Assembly (NCBI GenBank): GCA_964291675.2
Contig: OZ219865.1
Location: 448,001 to 512,000 of the forward strand
Direction: 5' to 3'
Source of the DNA: Alphaproteobacteria bacterium
GTDB lineage: Bacteria > Pseudomonadota > Alphaproteobacteria > MPNO01
Length of the DNA: 64,000 nucleotides
Of the stretch, positions 10,850 to 21,413 are shown piece after piece. Below the pieces are notes generated by a model, which made no database searches, was not told the origin of the DNA, and worked only from the letters and a program-made list of their open reading frames with translations. Made by a program: the position numbers and the translations under genes. Position 1 is the first letter of the stretch. Every line of letters starts with the position of its first letter.

Positions 10850-13150
10850 ATGCGAGGCGTGGTCTGTTTATTCGGTCGGTCCCCGGCGCGGGCCGGGGCG
10901 CTGGCCGCGGCACTCGCGGTGTTGGCGTTCTCCGACTTGGCTTGGACGCAAGACGCTCGCGAGCCCGTAAGCGCGATTCGGGTGGAGGGCTCCGAGCGGA
11001 TCGAGCCCGAAACCGTTCGTTCCTACATGACGTTCAAAGCGGGCGCCACGATCGGCGACGCCGACCTGGACGAGTCGCTCAAGCGGCTGTTCGAGACCGG
11101 GCTGTTCGCCGACGTCTCGGTGCGGCGCGAAGGCGATGCGGTCGTGGTCCAGGTCGTCGAGAACCCGATCATCAACCGGATAGCGTTCGAGGGGAATCTG
11201 CGCATCGACGACGAAATCCTGCGCGACGAGATCACCCTCCGACCGCGGGTCGTCTACACCCGGTCCCGGGTCCAGGCCGATCTGCTTCGAATCATCGAAA
11301 TCTACAGAAGCAGCGGCAGGTTCGCCGCCCGGGTGGTGCCGAAGGTGGTCGAGCTTCCGCAGAACCGGGTGAATCTGATCTTCGAGATCCACGAAGGCAG
11401 CCCCACCGATGTCCGCCGGATCACCTTCATCGGCAATACCCGGTTCAGCGACGGCGAGTTGAGGGATGCCATCCAGACCCGGGAGTCCGGGTTCCTGAGC
11501 TTCTTCAGCGGCGGCGACCTCTACGACCCCGATCGGCTGGCGTTCGACAGGGAGCTGCTTCGCCGAAAATACCTGAACGCCGGCTACGCGGATTTCCGCG
11601 TCGTCTCCGCGGTCGCCGAGCTCACGCCCGACCAGGATGCCTTCTTCATCACCTTTACCGTGGAAGAGGGCCAGCGCTACAGGTTCGGCAAGATCGGGGT
11701 GACCAGCGGATTGCGGGACCTCGACGTGACGCGGCTGGCGGAGGTCGTCGGAATCGACGAGGGCGGCCCGTACAGCGCGGAGGACATCGAGGTCGCGACC
11801 ACCGCGCTCACCGAGGCGGCGGGCCGTGCCGGCTACGCCTTCATCGCGGTCAAGCCCGAGACAAAGCGCGATCGCGAGCAGCGGCGCATCGACGTCAGCT
11901 TCCAGATCGAGGAAGGACCGCGGGTCTTCGTCGAGCGAATCGACATCCGCGGCAACCTGCGCACCGAAGATCGGGTGATCCGGCGCGAATTCCGCCTCGT
12001 GGAGGGCGACGCCTTCAACAGCGACTACATTCGCCTCGCGCGCCGCAATCTCCGCAATCTCGGCTTTTTCGAGGAGGTCGAGATCAAGAACGTCCGCGGC
12101 TCCGCGCCCGACCGGACGGTGATAGAGGTCACCGTCAGGGAACGCGCGACCGGAGAGGTGTCGTTCGGCGGCGGCTATTCGACCGCGGTCGGCGCGGTGG
12201 CGGACATCGTGCTGCGCGAGAGGAACCTGCTCGGCAAGGGTCAGGACGCGCGGATACGCGCCCAGCTTGCCCAACGGGAGCAGCAGCTCGAGCTCAACTT
12301 CACCGAACCCTATTTCCTCGACCGCAGGCTGGCCGCCGGGTTCGACGTCTTCAGCACGGCGCGCGATTACCAGGAACAAAGCTCGTTCGACCAGGAGACG
12401 GTGGGCTTTTCGCTGCGCATGGCATACCCGCTGGCCCAGGACTTGCGACAGCGCTGGCGGTACACGCTGCGGCGGGACAACATCATCAGCATCCCGACCG
12501 ACGCCGCGCGGGTGATCTCCGAACAGAAGGGCGCCGCCGTGCTCTCGTCGGTCGGCCATGCGGTGGTCTATGACACGAGAGACAGCCGCTTCTCGCCGCG
12601 CGAAGGGATCCTTGCCAGCATCGACCACGACCTGGCCGGGATCGGCGGGCAGGTGCGGTTCCTGAAGACCGAGGTGAGGGGATCCCTGTTCGTCCCGCTC
12701 ACCGACAGCCTGACCGGCAGCGCGACGCTCGGCAGCGGCTACGTCCACGGGCTCGGCGAAGACATACGCATTCTCGACCGGTTCTTCCTGGGCAGCGACG
12801 AAGTCCGGGGGTTTGCACTTTCCGGCGCCAGTCCGCGCGACCTGGCAACCGGCGATGCGGTCGGCGGGAACTGGTACTATGCGGGATCGTTCGGGGTGTC
12901 CTTTCCGCTCGGACTGCCGAACGACGCCGGGATACGCGGCCGTACCTTCGTGGATTACGGAAGCAGCGGCCTCACGGAGGGCGAGGACCCCGGCATCGCT
13001 GCGGATGCCGGTATACGGGCGGCAGGAGGCGTGGGCTTGACCTGGGCGTCGGTGCTGGGGCCGATGAATATCGATTTCGCGTGGCCCATCCGCAAGGAAG
13101 ATCACGACGAGACCCAGCTCGTGCGCTTCAGTTTCGGAACGAGGTTTTAG
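10850..13150 (+). CDS. bamA: Outer membrane protein assembly factor BamA
   Basis: Signal peptide, POTRA repeats, VRGF motif, C-terminal Phe. Confidence 0.97.
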   Translation: MRGVVCLFGRSPARAGALAAALAVLAFSDLAWTQDAREPVSAIRVEGSERIEPETVRSYMTFKAGATIGDADLDESLKRLFETGLFADVSVRREGDAVVVQVVENPIINRIAFEGNLRIDDEILRDEITLRPRVVYTRSRVQADLLRIIEIYRSSGRFAARVVPKVVELPQNRVNLIFEIHEGSPTDVRRITFIGNTRFSDGELRDAIQTRESGFLSFFSGGDLYDPDRLAFDRELLRRKYLNAGYADFRVVSAVAELTPDQDAFFITFTVEEGQRYRFGKIGVTSGLRDLDVTRLAEVVGIDEGGPYSAEDIEVATTALTEAAGRAGYAFIAVKPETKRDREQRRIDVSFQIEEGPRVFVERIDIRGNLRTEDRVIRREFRLVEGDAFNSDYIRLARRNLRNLGFFEEVEIKNVRGSAPDRTVIEVTVRERATGEVSFGGGYSTAVGAVADIVLRERNLLGKGQDARIRAQLAQREQQLELNFTEPYFLDRRLAAGFDVFSTARDYQEQSSFDQETVGFSLRMAYPLAQDLRQRWRYTLRRDNIISIPTDAARVISEQKGAAVLSSVGHAVVYDTRDSRFSPREGILASIDHDLAGIGGQVRFLKTEVRGSLFVPLTDSLTGSATLGSGYVHGLGEDIRILDRFFLGSDEVRGFALSGASPRDLATGDAVGGNWYYAGSFGVSFPLGLPNDAGIRGRTFVDYGSSGLTEGEDPGIAADAGIRAAGGVGLTWASVLGPMNIDFAWPIRKEDHDETQLVRFSFGTRF

Positions 13151-13156
13151 CGGCGC

Positions 13157-13759
13157 ATGCGAACCCGGGCGCCACTCCGTCGCTCCTTGCTGGCGGCCGC
13201 GTTGGCGACCGGCATCCATGCGGCAATGGCCGAGACAACCGCGACCGCCCAGGACGGGCTCCCGTCCATCGGCGTGGTCGATGTGCAGATGATCCTCCGC
13301 AACTCCAAGGCTTCCAAGAGCGTCAGGCCGCAGATCGAGAAGCTGCGCAAGGGTTACCAGGCCTCCGTCAGGGAACGCGAGGCCGAGCTGAGGAAGGCCA
13401 GCCAGGAGCTGCAACGCCAGCGGGCGGTTCTTTCTCCGCAGGCTTTCGCGAAGAGACGGGGGGCGTATGAAGAGCAGGCACGCAAGGCGCAGATCGATTT
13501 TCAGAATCGCAAGCGCCGGCTCGACGACGCCTACAGTACCGCCATGCGCGCCGTCCATCGCTCGATGGTGATCGCCGCGGCCAAGATCGCGGAGGAACGC
13601 GAGTTCGACGTGGTTCTGCCGAAATCCGTCGTGCTTCTCGCCGACCAGAAGCTCGATATCACAGCCGAGGTGCTGCGTCGCGTGGACGAGACATTGCCTT
13701 CGATCACGGTGAGCGTGAAGAAACCCCCGGACCGAACGGCGCCGGCGCCGAACAACTGA
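13157..13759 (+). CDS. skp: OmpH/Skp periplasmic chaperone
   Basis: Signal peptide, IGVVDVQ, long coiled coil, DITAEVL; located between bamA and lpxD. Confidence 0.9.
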   Translation: MRTRAPLRRSLLAAALATGIHAAMAETTATAQDGLPSIGVVDVQMILRNSKASKSVRPQIEKLRKGYQASVREREAELRKASQELQRQRAVLSPQAFAKRRGAYEEQARKAQIDFQNRKRRLDDAYSTAMRAVHRSMVIAAAKIAEEREFDVVLPKSVVLLADQKLDITAEVLRRVDETLPSITVSVKKPPDRTAPAPNN

Positions 13760-13761
13760 CG

Positions 13762-14784
13762 ATGGCGGATCCTCGATTCTTCGACCGCGCCGGTCCGTTC
13801 TCGCTGGCCAGGCTTGCCGAGCTCGCTGGCGCGTCGCTGTGCGCCGACGCCGATCCGGACCGCGAGATCGTCGACGTAGGGCCGCTCCATACGGCCGGTG
13901 CGGAGGAGATCAGCTTTTTCGACAACCGTCGATACGGCGACAGCCTGACCGCCAGCGCGGCGGGCGCCTGCCTGATCCGCGACGCCGATACCGGAATGGC
14001 GCCGGACGACATGGCCCTGCTGGTGACCGAGACGCCGTATCTCGCCTACGCGCGGGTGAGCCGGGCGTTCTATCCCATTCCACCCGTCGAGCCGGGGATC
14101 GCGGCGACAGCGGCGATCGATCCAAGTGCCACGATCGGACCCGGTTGCCGGATCGAGTCCTTCGCCGTGATCGGGGCCCGGGCGGCGATCGGTCCGCGCT
14201 GCCATATCGGGCCGCACGCGGTGATCGGGCAAGGCGTGGCAATCGGCGAGGACGTCCGCATCGGCGCGGGGTGCAGCCTCGGCCACTGTGTCCTCGGTTC
14301 GCGGGTGCGGCTGCTCGCCGGCGTTCGCATCGGCGAGGACGGGTTCGGTTTCGCGACCGACCGGGACGCCGGCGAGCATGTGGGTATTCCCCAGATCGGG
14401 CGCGTGTTGATCGAGGACGATGTCGAGATCGGCGCCAACTCCACGATCGACCGCGGCGCCGGCCCCGACACGGTGATCGGCCGTGGAACCAGGATTGATA
14501 ACCTGGTGCAGATCGGCCACAATGTCGTCCTCGGACGCGGCTGCATCGTTGTCGCTCAAGCCGGCATATCCGGGAGCACCACTCTTGGGGATTTCGCCGC
14601 CGTCGCCGCTCAGGGGGGTGTCGCCGGGCATCTCAGGATCGGCGCCGGCGCAAGGATTGCCGCCAAGGCAGGGGTGATGCGCGATGTCGCGAAGGGAGAA
14701 ACCGTCGCGGGCGCCCCGGCGGTGCCGATCAAGGAGTTTTTTCGCCGCGTTGCCGCCTTGAGTCGGCTGTCGGAACGAAAATAG
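13762..14784 (+). CDS. lpxD: UDP-3-O-acylglucosamine N-acyltransferase
   Basis: Hexapeptide repeats, [16 protein letters not shown]. Confidence 0.97.
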   Translation: MADPRFFDRAGPFSLARLAELAGASLCADADPDREIVDVGPLHTAGAEEISFFDNRRYGDSLTASAAGACLIRDADTGMAPDDMALLVTETPYLAYARVSRAFYPIPPVEPGIAATAAIDPSATIGPGCRIESFAVIGARAAIGPRCHIGPHAVIGQGVAIGEDVRIGAGCSLGHCVLGSRVRLLAGVRIGEDGFGFATDRDAGEHVGIPQIGRVLIEDDVEIGANSTIDRGAGPDTVIGRGTRIDNLVQIGHNVVLGRGCIVVAQAGISGSTTLGDFAAVAAQGGVAGHLRIGAGARIAAKAGVMRDVAKGETVAGAPAVPIKEFFRRVAALSRLSERK

Positions 14785-14793
14785 CCACAGCCC

Positions 14794-15261
14794 ATGGACA
14801 GTCTGGACAGCGAAGCGCCGATCACCGATGTCGCGATCGAGCGGGTCATGGAGATGATCCCGCACCGCTACCCGTTTCTGATGATCGACCGGATCCTGGA
14901 GCTCGTCCCCGACAAACGGGCGATCGGCCTCAAGAACGTTTCGATCAACGAAGCGCATTTTCAGGGCCATTTCGAGGGCGAAAAGGTGATGCCGGGAGTC
15001 TTGCTGATCGAAGCGATGGCGCAGACGGCGGCGGTGCTTGTCGTGCAGACCCTGGGACCCGAATCCGAAGGCAAGCTGGTCTATTTCATGTCGGTCGAAG
15101 GTGCCCGCTTCCGCAAGCCCGTGGTACCGGGCGATGCGGTCCGGGTCGAGGTGGAGAAGCTGCGCAACCGTGGCAATGTGTGGAAGTTCGGCGGCAGGGC
15201 CGTGGTCGAGGGCGTGGTTGTGGCCGAAGCGACGTACACGGCGATGATCCGGGACAGCTAG
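14794..15261 (+). CDS. fabZ: 3-hydroxyacyl-ACP dehydratase
   Basis: PHRYPFLMIDR, GHF..MPGVLLIEAMAQ. Confidence 0.98.
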   Translation: MDSLDSEAPITDVAIERVMEMIPHRYPFLMIDRILELVPDKRAIGLKNVSINEAHFQGHFEGEKVMPGVLLIEAMAQTAAVLVVQTLGPESEGKLVYFMSVEGARFRKPVVPGDAVRVEVEKLRNRGNVWKFGGRAVVEGVVVAEATYTAMIRDS

Positions 15262-15266
15262 GCTCG

Positions 15267-16067
15267 ATGGCCGAGATTCACCCCACGGCGATCGTGGAGT
15301 CGGGGGCCGCGCTGGGAGACGGAGTCGTCGTCGGCCCCTACTGCACCGTCGGCCCCGAGGCCGTGCTGCGCGATGGCGTCCGGCTGGTCTCGCACGTGGT
15401 GGTCGCGGGCCGCACCGATATCGGCGCCGAAACCTGCGTCTACCCGTTTGCCTCCATAGGAACGCCGCCGCAGGACCTCAAATACGAGGGGGAACCGTCC
15501 CGGCTGGAGATCGGCGTCCGCAACGTCATCCGCGAATACGTCACCATGAACCCGGGGACCGAGGGCGGCGGCATGCTGACCCGGGTCGGGGACGACGGCC
15601 TGTTCATGGTGGGGGCTCATGTGGCCCATGACTGCCGGGTCGGAAATCACGTCATCTTCGCCAACAACGCGACCCTGGGCGGTCACGTCGTCGTCGGCAA
15701 TTTCGCGATCATCGGCGGGCTGGCCGCGGTTCACCAGCATTGCCGGATCGGCGCGCATGCGATCATCGGCGGGGTGTCGGCGGTTGTGCAGGACGTGATC
15801 CCGTACGGTTCGGCGACCGGCGACCGCGCCCGTCTCATCGGCCTCAACGTGGTGGGGCTTCGCCGCCGGGATTTCCCGCGCAGCGAAGTCCAGGCGCTGC
15901 GCACCGCCTACCGGCTGTTGTTTGCCGAAGAGGGCACGCTTTCCGAACGGCTGGAGGATGTGGCGCGGATGTACGCCGACAACGGGCCGGTGATGGACAT
16001 CGTGGCGTTCATCCGTGCCGATTCGACCCGCGCCATCTGTCAACCCAAATCGGGAAATGCGGGTTAG
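15267..16067 (+). CDS. lpxA: UDP-N-acetylglucosamine O-acyltransferase
   Basis: IHPTAIV, PQDLKY, HVAHDC. Confidence 0.97.
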   Translation: MAEIHPTAIVESGAALGDGVVVGPYCTVGPEAVLRDGVRLVSHVVVAGRTDIGAETCVYPFASIGTPPQDLKYEGEPSRLEIGVRNVIREYVTMNPGTEGGGMLTRVGDDGLFMVGAHVAHDCRVGNHVIFANNATLGGHVVVGNFAIIGGLAAVHQHCRIGAHAIIGGVSAVVQDVIPYGSATGDRARLIGLNVVGLRRRDFPRSEVQALRTAYRLLFAEEGTLSERLEDVARMYADNGPVMDIVAFIRADSTRAICQPKSGNAG

Positions 16068-16878
16068 GATCGGGATTGTCGCCGGCGCCGGCGACATGCC
16101 CGACCGGGTGATCGCGGCATGCCGGGAGCAGGGGCGCGATCCTTTCGTCATCGGGCTGAAGGATCAGGCCCGCCCGGCGTCGTTCTCGCACCCGCCCGAC
16201 GCCTGGATCCGGCTCGGCGAAGCGGGGAAAGGCGTCGATCTTCTCAAATCCGCCGGGGCCAAGGAGGTCGTTCTCGTCGGCGGCGTCAACCGGCCGCCGC
16301 TTCGTTCGCTCCGCCCCGACGCCTGGACGGCGCGCCTCCTCCTGCGCGTCGGACGGTCCTACTATCGCGACGGTTCGGTTCTCGGCGCGATCGCCGCGGC
16401 ACTCGAAGCGGAGGGTCTCCGGGTGGTGGCGCCGGAAACCTTCGCGGCCTCTCTCGCCGCCGAGGCGCGCGCCTATAGCGCCCGCGCGCCCGACGCGACG
16501 GAACGCGCCGACATCGCGCGCGGCTTCGACGCCGCCCGCGCCCTCGGTTCCCTCGATATCGGCCAGGCCGTCGTCGTCCAGCAGGGGCGGGTGATCGGGG
16601 TCGAAGCGGCCGAGGGGACCGATGCGCTCGTCGAGCGCTGCGCGGCGCTGCTCTCTCCGGGCGAGGGGGGCGTGCTGGTCAAGGCCTGCAAGCCCGGGCA
16701 GGACGTCCGTATCGACCTGCCGACGATCGGGCCGCGCACGGTCGCCGGCGCGGCCCGGGCGGGGCTCGCGGGCATCGCGGTCGGGGCCGGGCGCGCGCTG
16801 ATCCTCGACAGCGACGAGGTGGCGCGCCTTGCCGATGCCGCCGGCATGTTCGTCATCGGTATCGGCGGGACGGAGTGA
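16057..16878 (+). CDS. lpxI: UDP-2,3-diacylglucosamine pyrophosphatase LpxI
   Basis: GIVAGAG, DIGQAVVV, EAAEGTD, KPGQDVRIDLPTIG; located between lpxA and lpxB. Confidence 0.93.
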   Translation: MRVRIGIVAGAGDMPDRVIAACREQGRDPFVIGLKDQARPASFSHPPDAWIRLGEAGKGVDLLKSAGAKEVVLVGGVNRPPLRSLRPDAWTARLLLRVGRSYYRDGSVLGAIAAALEAEGLRVVAPETFAASLAAEARAYSARAPDATERADIARGFDAARALGSLDIGQAVVVQQGRVIGVEAAEGTDALVERCAALLSPGEGGVLVKACKPGQDVRIDLPTIGPRTVAGAARAGLAGIAVGAGRALILDSDEVARLADAAGMFVIGIGGTE

Positions 16879-16890
16879 GGAGCGGTTCCC

Positions 16891-18081
16891 GTGGAACCCC
16901 TCTCGCCGTTGTTCTTCTTCATCGCCGGAGAACCGTCTGGAGACGAGATCGGCGGCCGGCTGATCGCGGCGCTGCGCGAGCAGACCGGCGGAAACATGCG
17001 CATTGCCGGGATCGGCGGCGAGGCGATGGCCGCCGAGGGGCTAAACAGCCTGTTTCCGGTCGAGGAGCTCTCCGTCATGGGGCTCGTCGAGGTGGTGCCG
17101 CGGGCGCTCGGGATCGTGCGCCGCATGTCGCAGACCGCCCGCGCGATACGCCGTCTTGCGCCCGACGCCGTGGTGACCATCGACGCGCCGGCCTTCGCGA
17201 ACGGCGTGTGGCGCCGCCTTGGCGAGGTCGACGCCGCGTTGATCCACTACGTTGCGCCCACGGTGTGGGCATGGCGCGCGGGCCGGGCCCGCAAGCTGGC
17301 CCGCAAGATCGACCATCTACTCGCCCTGTTTCCCTTCGAGCCGCCGCATTTCGCGGCGGAAGGGCTCGACTGCACGTTCGTCGGCCACCCGGTGCTGGAA
17401 ACCGAAATCGCGGCCGATGACGGGGCTTCCTTCCGGGCGCGCCACGGCATTTCCGCCGGCCCGGCGATCGGCCTGCTGCCGGGAAGCCGCCGCGGCGAGA
17501 TTTGCCGCCTCATGCCGGTCTTCGTCGATGCGGCGCGACGGATCGCGGATGCCATGCCCGACATCCGGGCGGTGATACCCGCCGTGCCGGCCCATGCCGC
17601 GCTGATCCGGGAGGCCGCCGCCGAGCTGCCGGTCCCGGTCACGGTCACCGCCGAGCGCGGCGAGCGCCACGCGGCGATGGCGGCATGCGATGCCGCGATC
17701 GCCGCGTCGGGCACGGTGTCGCTCGACCTCGCGCTTGCCGGCGTGCCGATGGCCATCGCCTACAAGGTCAACCCGCTGACCGCGACGATCCTGCGGCGGA
17801 TGATCCGGGTTCGCCATGCGACGATCGTCAACCTGGTGCTTGACCGGCCGGCGATCCCCGAGTTTCTTCAGGAGCGCTGCACCGGGGCCGCTTTGGCCGA
17901 AGCCGCGCTCTCGCTGTTGCGCGACGAAGGGGCGAGGCGCACACAGCTTGAGGCGACGGCGAGCGCCCTCGCCGCGCTGCGCCCCGACGGCACGAGACCG
18001 AGCGCCCGGGCAGCCGCGGCGATACTGGACGTCGTGCGCCGCCGGACGAAGCCGCGCATCGAACAGGGAGCAGTCACATGA
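16891..18081 (+). CDS. lpxB: Lipid-A-disaccharide synthase
   Basis: AGEPSGD, HYVAPTVWAWR, LLPGSR. Confidence 0.97.
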   Translation: MEPLSPLFFFIAGEPSGDEIGGRLIAALREQTGGNMRIAGIGGEAMAAEGLNSLFPVEELSVMGLVEVVPRALGIVRRMSQTARAIRRLAPDAVVTIDAPAFANGVWRRLGEVDAALIHYVAPTVWAWRAGRARKLARKIDHLLALFPFEPPHFAAEGLDCTFVGHPVLETEIAADDGASFRARHGISAGPAIGLLPGSRRGEICRLMPVFVDAARRIADAMPDIRAVIPAVPAHAALIREAAAELPVPVTVTAERGERHAAMAACDAAIAASGTVSLDLALAGVPMAIAYKVNPLTATILRRMIRVRHATIVNLVLDRPAIPEFLQERCTGAALAEAALSLLRDEGARRTQLEATASALAALRPDGTRPSARAAAAILDVVRRRTKPRIEQGAVT

Positions 18082-18497
18082 CCGATGCCTCGGACAAGAC
18101 ACACTACCGCTTGCTCCACGCCATGATCCGGGTGAAGGACCTCGATAAATCGCTCGACTTCTACACCCGGCATCTCGGCATGCGCCTGCTGAGGCGTCGC
18201 GAGTTTCCCGACGGTCGGTTCACCCTGGCCTTCGTGGGCTACGGCGAGGAGGCCGACAACACGGTGATCGAGCTGACCCACAACTGGGATCAGGAGGACG
18301 CCTACGACCTCGGCTCGGCCTTCGGCCATCTCGCGGTCGCGGTGCCCGATGTGTACGGCACCTGCGAGGCGCTGGAGAAGGAGGGGGTCGGCATTCCCCG
18401 TCCGCCGGGGCCGATGAAGTTCGGCGGCAGCCAGACCCACATGGCGTTCATCGAGGACCCGGACGGCTACCGGATCGAATTGATCCAGCGATCGTAG
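18078..18497 (+). CDS. gloA: Lactoylglutathione lyase (glyoxalase I)
   Basis: LLHAMIRV, ELTHNWD, FGHLAV, FIEDPDGYRIELI. Confidence 0.95.
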   Translation: MTDASDKTHYRLLHAMIRVKDLDKSLDFYTRHLGMRLLRRREFPDGRFTLAFVGYGEEADNTVIELTHNWDQEDAYDLGSAFGHLAVAVPDVYGTCEALEKEGVGIPRPPGPMKFGGSQTHMAFIEDPDGYRIELIQRS

Positions 18498-18505
18498 AGC
18501 GCCGC

Positions 18506-19834
18506 TCAGCCGCGCTCGGCGAGCGGTACGAAGCCGCGCTGCTCGTAGCCGGTGTAGAGCTGGCGCGGCCGGCCGATCTTCTGGTTGGGGTCCTCGACCA
18601 TCTCGTTCCACTGGGCGACCCATCCCACCGTGCGGGCGACGGCGAACAGCACCGTGAACATGCTGACCGGGATGCCGATCGCCTTGAAGATGATGCCCGA
18701 ATAGAAGTCGACATTGGGGTACAGGCGGCGCTCGACGAAATAGCTGTCTTCGAGGGCGATGCGCTCGAGCTCCAGCGCCAGCTCGAGCAGCGGCTCGTGC
18801 TCGATTCCGAGCTCTCTCAGCACCTCGTGGCACGACTCGCGCATCAGCCGCGCGCGCGGATCGAAATTCTTGTAGACCCGGTGTCCGAAGCCCATCAGGC
18901 GAAACGGGTGGTCGGGGTCCCTGGCCTTGTCGATGAATTCGCCGATGCGGTTGGGACTGCCGATCTCGTTGAGCATGTTGAGCACCGCCTCGTTGGCGCC
19001 GCCATGGGCGGGGCCCCAGAGGCTGGCGATCCCGGCCGCTATGCAGGCGAACGGGTTGGCGCCGCTCGATCCGGCGAGCCGGACGGTCGAGGTCGAGGCG
19101 TTCTGTTCGTGATCGGCGTGCAGGATCAGGATGCGGTCGAGCGCCCTGGCGATCACCGGGCTGACCTCGTAATCCCCGGCCGGCGTCGCGAACAGCATGT
19201 GAAGGAAGTTCTCGGCGTAGTTGAGGTTGTTGCGCGGATAGATGAAGGGCTGGCCGAGCGAGTACTTGAACGCCCAGGCCGCGATTGTCGGCATCTTGGC
19301 GATCATCCGGTATGACGCCACCATGCGCTGGTAGGGATCGCCGATATCGGTGCTGTCGTGGTAGAAGGCCGAGAGCGCCCCGACGACGCCGCACATGATG
19401 GCCATGGGATGGGCATCGCGGCGGAACCCGTCGATGAACTTGTGCAGCTGCTCGTGCACCATGGTGTGATGCGTGATGGAGTGCACGAAGCGGTCCTTTT
19501 CCTCCTTCGTCGGCAGCTCGCCGTAGAGCAGGAGGTAGCAGACCTCCATGAAGTCGCTGTGCGCCGCAAGCTCCTCGATCGCATAGCCGCGATGGAGCAG
19601 GGTGCCGGCCTCGCCGTCGATGAAGGTGATCTTGGACTCACAACTGCCAGTAGCGGTAAAGCCCGGGTCGTAGGTGAACATGTCGGTCGCGCCGTAGAGC
19701 TTGCGCACGTCGATGACCTTGGGGCCGCAGGTGCCCTGCAGCACGGGAAACGTGACCTGCTCGCCGGAGGCGTTGTTGACGATCGTAACGCTGTCCTCCG
19801 GCGAAGCACCGTTGCCGGTCGGGTCGCTGCTCAT
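18506..19834 (-). CDS. gltA: Citrate synthase (type II)
   Basis: [34 protein letters not shown]. Confidence 0.98.
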   Translation of the reverse strand: MSSDPTGNGASPEDSVTIVNNASGEQVTFPVLQGTCGPKVIDVRKLYGATDMFTYDPGFTATGSCESKITFIDGEAGTLLHRGYAIEELAAHSDFMEVCYLLLYGELPTKEEKDRFVHSITHHTMVHEQLHKFIDGFRRDAHPMAIMCGVVGALSAFYHDSTDIGDPYQRMVASYRMIAKMPTIAAWAFKYSLGQPFIYPRNNLNYAENFLHMLFATPAGDYEVSPVIARALDRILILHADHEQNASTSTVRLAGSSGANPFACIAAGIASLWGPAHGGANEAVLNMLNEIGSPNRIGEFIDKARDPDHPFRLMGFGHRVYKNFDPRARLMRESCHEVLRELGIEHEPLLELALELERIALEDSYFVERRLYPNVDFYSGIIFKAIGIPVSMFTVLFAVARTVGWVAQWNEMVEDPNQKIGRPRQLYTGYEQRGFVPLAERG

Positions 19835-19908
19835 CTCCGTTGTCCCCCGTTGGCCAGAAGGTCCGGCGGCGCGCCGGCGCCGGACTCTAATGATTTGGCG
19901 CCCCCGGA

Positions 19909-21342
19909 TCAAATTTCCGGGAGGTCGGGGTCGGGATCGGGAAATTGGAGCGCATCGCGGATGCGGCCGATGGTTTCGTCCCGCCCGAGGATCGCCGCCA
20001 CCTCGAAGATCCCGGGCGAAACGGTGCTGCCGGTGAGGCTTGCCCGGAGCGGTTGCGCGACGGCGCCCAGCTTGACGCCGCGCTGCTGCGCGAGGCCGCG
20101 AACGGCCTGCTCGATCGTGCTCTCGTCCCAGGGATCGATCGCTGCGAGCGTCTCGGCGAGCGCCTCGAGGGAGAATCTGGCGTCGCCGCCCAGGAGCTTC
20201 CGCGCCTTGGCGTCGATCGGAACCGGCCGCTCCCTGACGTAGAAGGCCGCGCTCTCGGCCAGGGCGACGAGGCTGTTCGCGCGCGGCGTGAGACCCGGCA
20301 TCGCCCGGGTCAGCCTCGCCACCCGGCGGTCGTCGAGCGTGGTGCCCGGCGCCTGCTCCAGCCGCGGCCGGATCAGCGCCACCAGAGTATCGGCGTCGGT
20401 TTGCCGGAGGTAATGCGCGTTGAGGCTCATCAGCCGGTCGAGATCGAACCGCGCGGCGCCGCGCCCGATACGGTCGAGGTCGAACCAGGCGATCGCCTGG
20501 TCGCGGCCGATGATCTCGTCGTCGCCATGGCTCCAGCCGAGGCGCACAAGGCCGTTCACCATGGCATCGGGCAGGATTCCCAGCTCGCGATAGGCTTCCA
20601 CGCCGAGCGCGCCGTGCCGCTTTGACAGCTTGGCGCCGTCGGCGCCGTGGATCAGCGGGATATGGGCGTATGCTGGCGGCTCCCAGCCGAGAGCGCGGAA
20701 CAGCTGGGTCTGGCGGAACGCGTTGTTCAAATGGTCGTCGCCGCGGATCGCGTGGGTGATGCCCATCTCGTGGTCGTCGACCACGACGGCAAGCATGTAG
20801 GTCGGCGTGCCGTCGCTCCGCAGCAGCACCATGTCGTCGAGCTGACGGTTGGAAACCCGGACGGTTCCCTGTACCGCGTCCTCGATCGCCGTCTCCCCCT
20901 CGCGCGGCGCCCTGAAGCGGATCGCCGGGTCAACGCCGGCCGGCGCGTCGCCGGGATCGCGGTCGCGCCAGCTTCCGTCATACAGCACCGGCCGGCCTTC
21001 GGCCTTGGCCCGCTTGCGCATTTCGGCAAGCTCCTCCGCTGTGGCATAACAGCGATAGGCTTTGCCCTCGTCGAGCAGGCGGCGCGCCGCCTCGACGTGG
21101 TGCGGGAGGCGCGAGAACTGGCTCACCGGTTGACCGTCCCAGTCGAGACCGAGCCAGGAGAGGCCGTCATAGATCGCCGCCACGGCCTCTTCGGTGGAAC
21201 GGCGGCGGTCGGTGTCTTCGATCCGCAGCAGAAACCGCCCGCCGTGACGCCGCGCGAACAGCCAGTTGAACAGCGCCGTCCGCGCGCCGCCTATATGGAG
21301 GAACCCGGTCGGGGAGGGGGCGAAGCGGGTGACGACCGTCAT
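19909..21342 (-). CDS. gltX: Glutamate--tRNA ligase
   Basis: [14 protein letters not shown] (HIGH-like), KLSKR. Confidence 0.98.
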   Translation of the reverse strand: MTVVTRFAPSPTGFLHIGGARTALFNWLFARRHGGRFLLRIEDTDRRRSTEEAVAAIYDGLSWLGLDWDGQPVSQFSRLPHHVEAARRLLDEGKAYRCYATAEELAEMRKRAKAEGRPVLYDGSWRDRDPGDAPAGVDPAIRFRAPREGETAIEDAVQGTVRVSNRQLDDMVLLRSDGTPTYMLAVVVDDHEMGITHAIRGDDHLNNAFRQTQLFRALGWEPPAYAHIPLIHGADGAKLSKRHGALGVEAYRELGILPDAMVNGLVRLGWSHGDDEIIGRDQAIAWFDLDRIGRGAARFDLDRLMSLNAHYLRQTDADTLVALIRPRLEQAPGTTLDDRRVARLTRAMPGLTPRANSLVALAESAAFYVRERPVPIDAKARKLLGGDARFSLEALAETLAAIDPWDESTIEQAVRGLAQQRGVKLGAVAQPLRASLTGSTVSPGIFEVAAILGRDETIGRIRDALQFPDPDPDLPEI

Positions 21343-21413
21343 GGCGGCTCCTCGGCGAATCGGCCTTCGCGCGGCGCGGCAACCGGCCGGCGGCGCGGGT
21401 CAGCGCTTACACG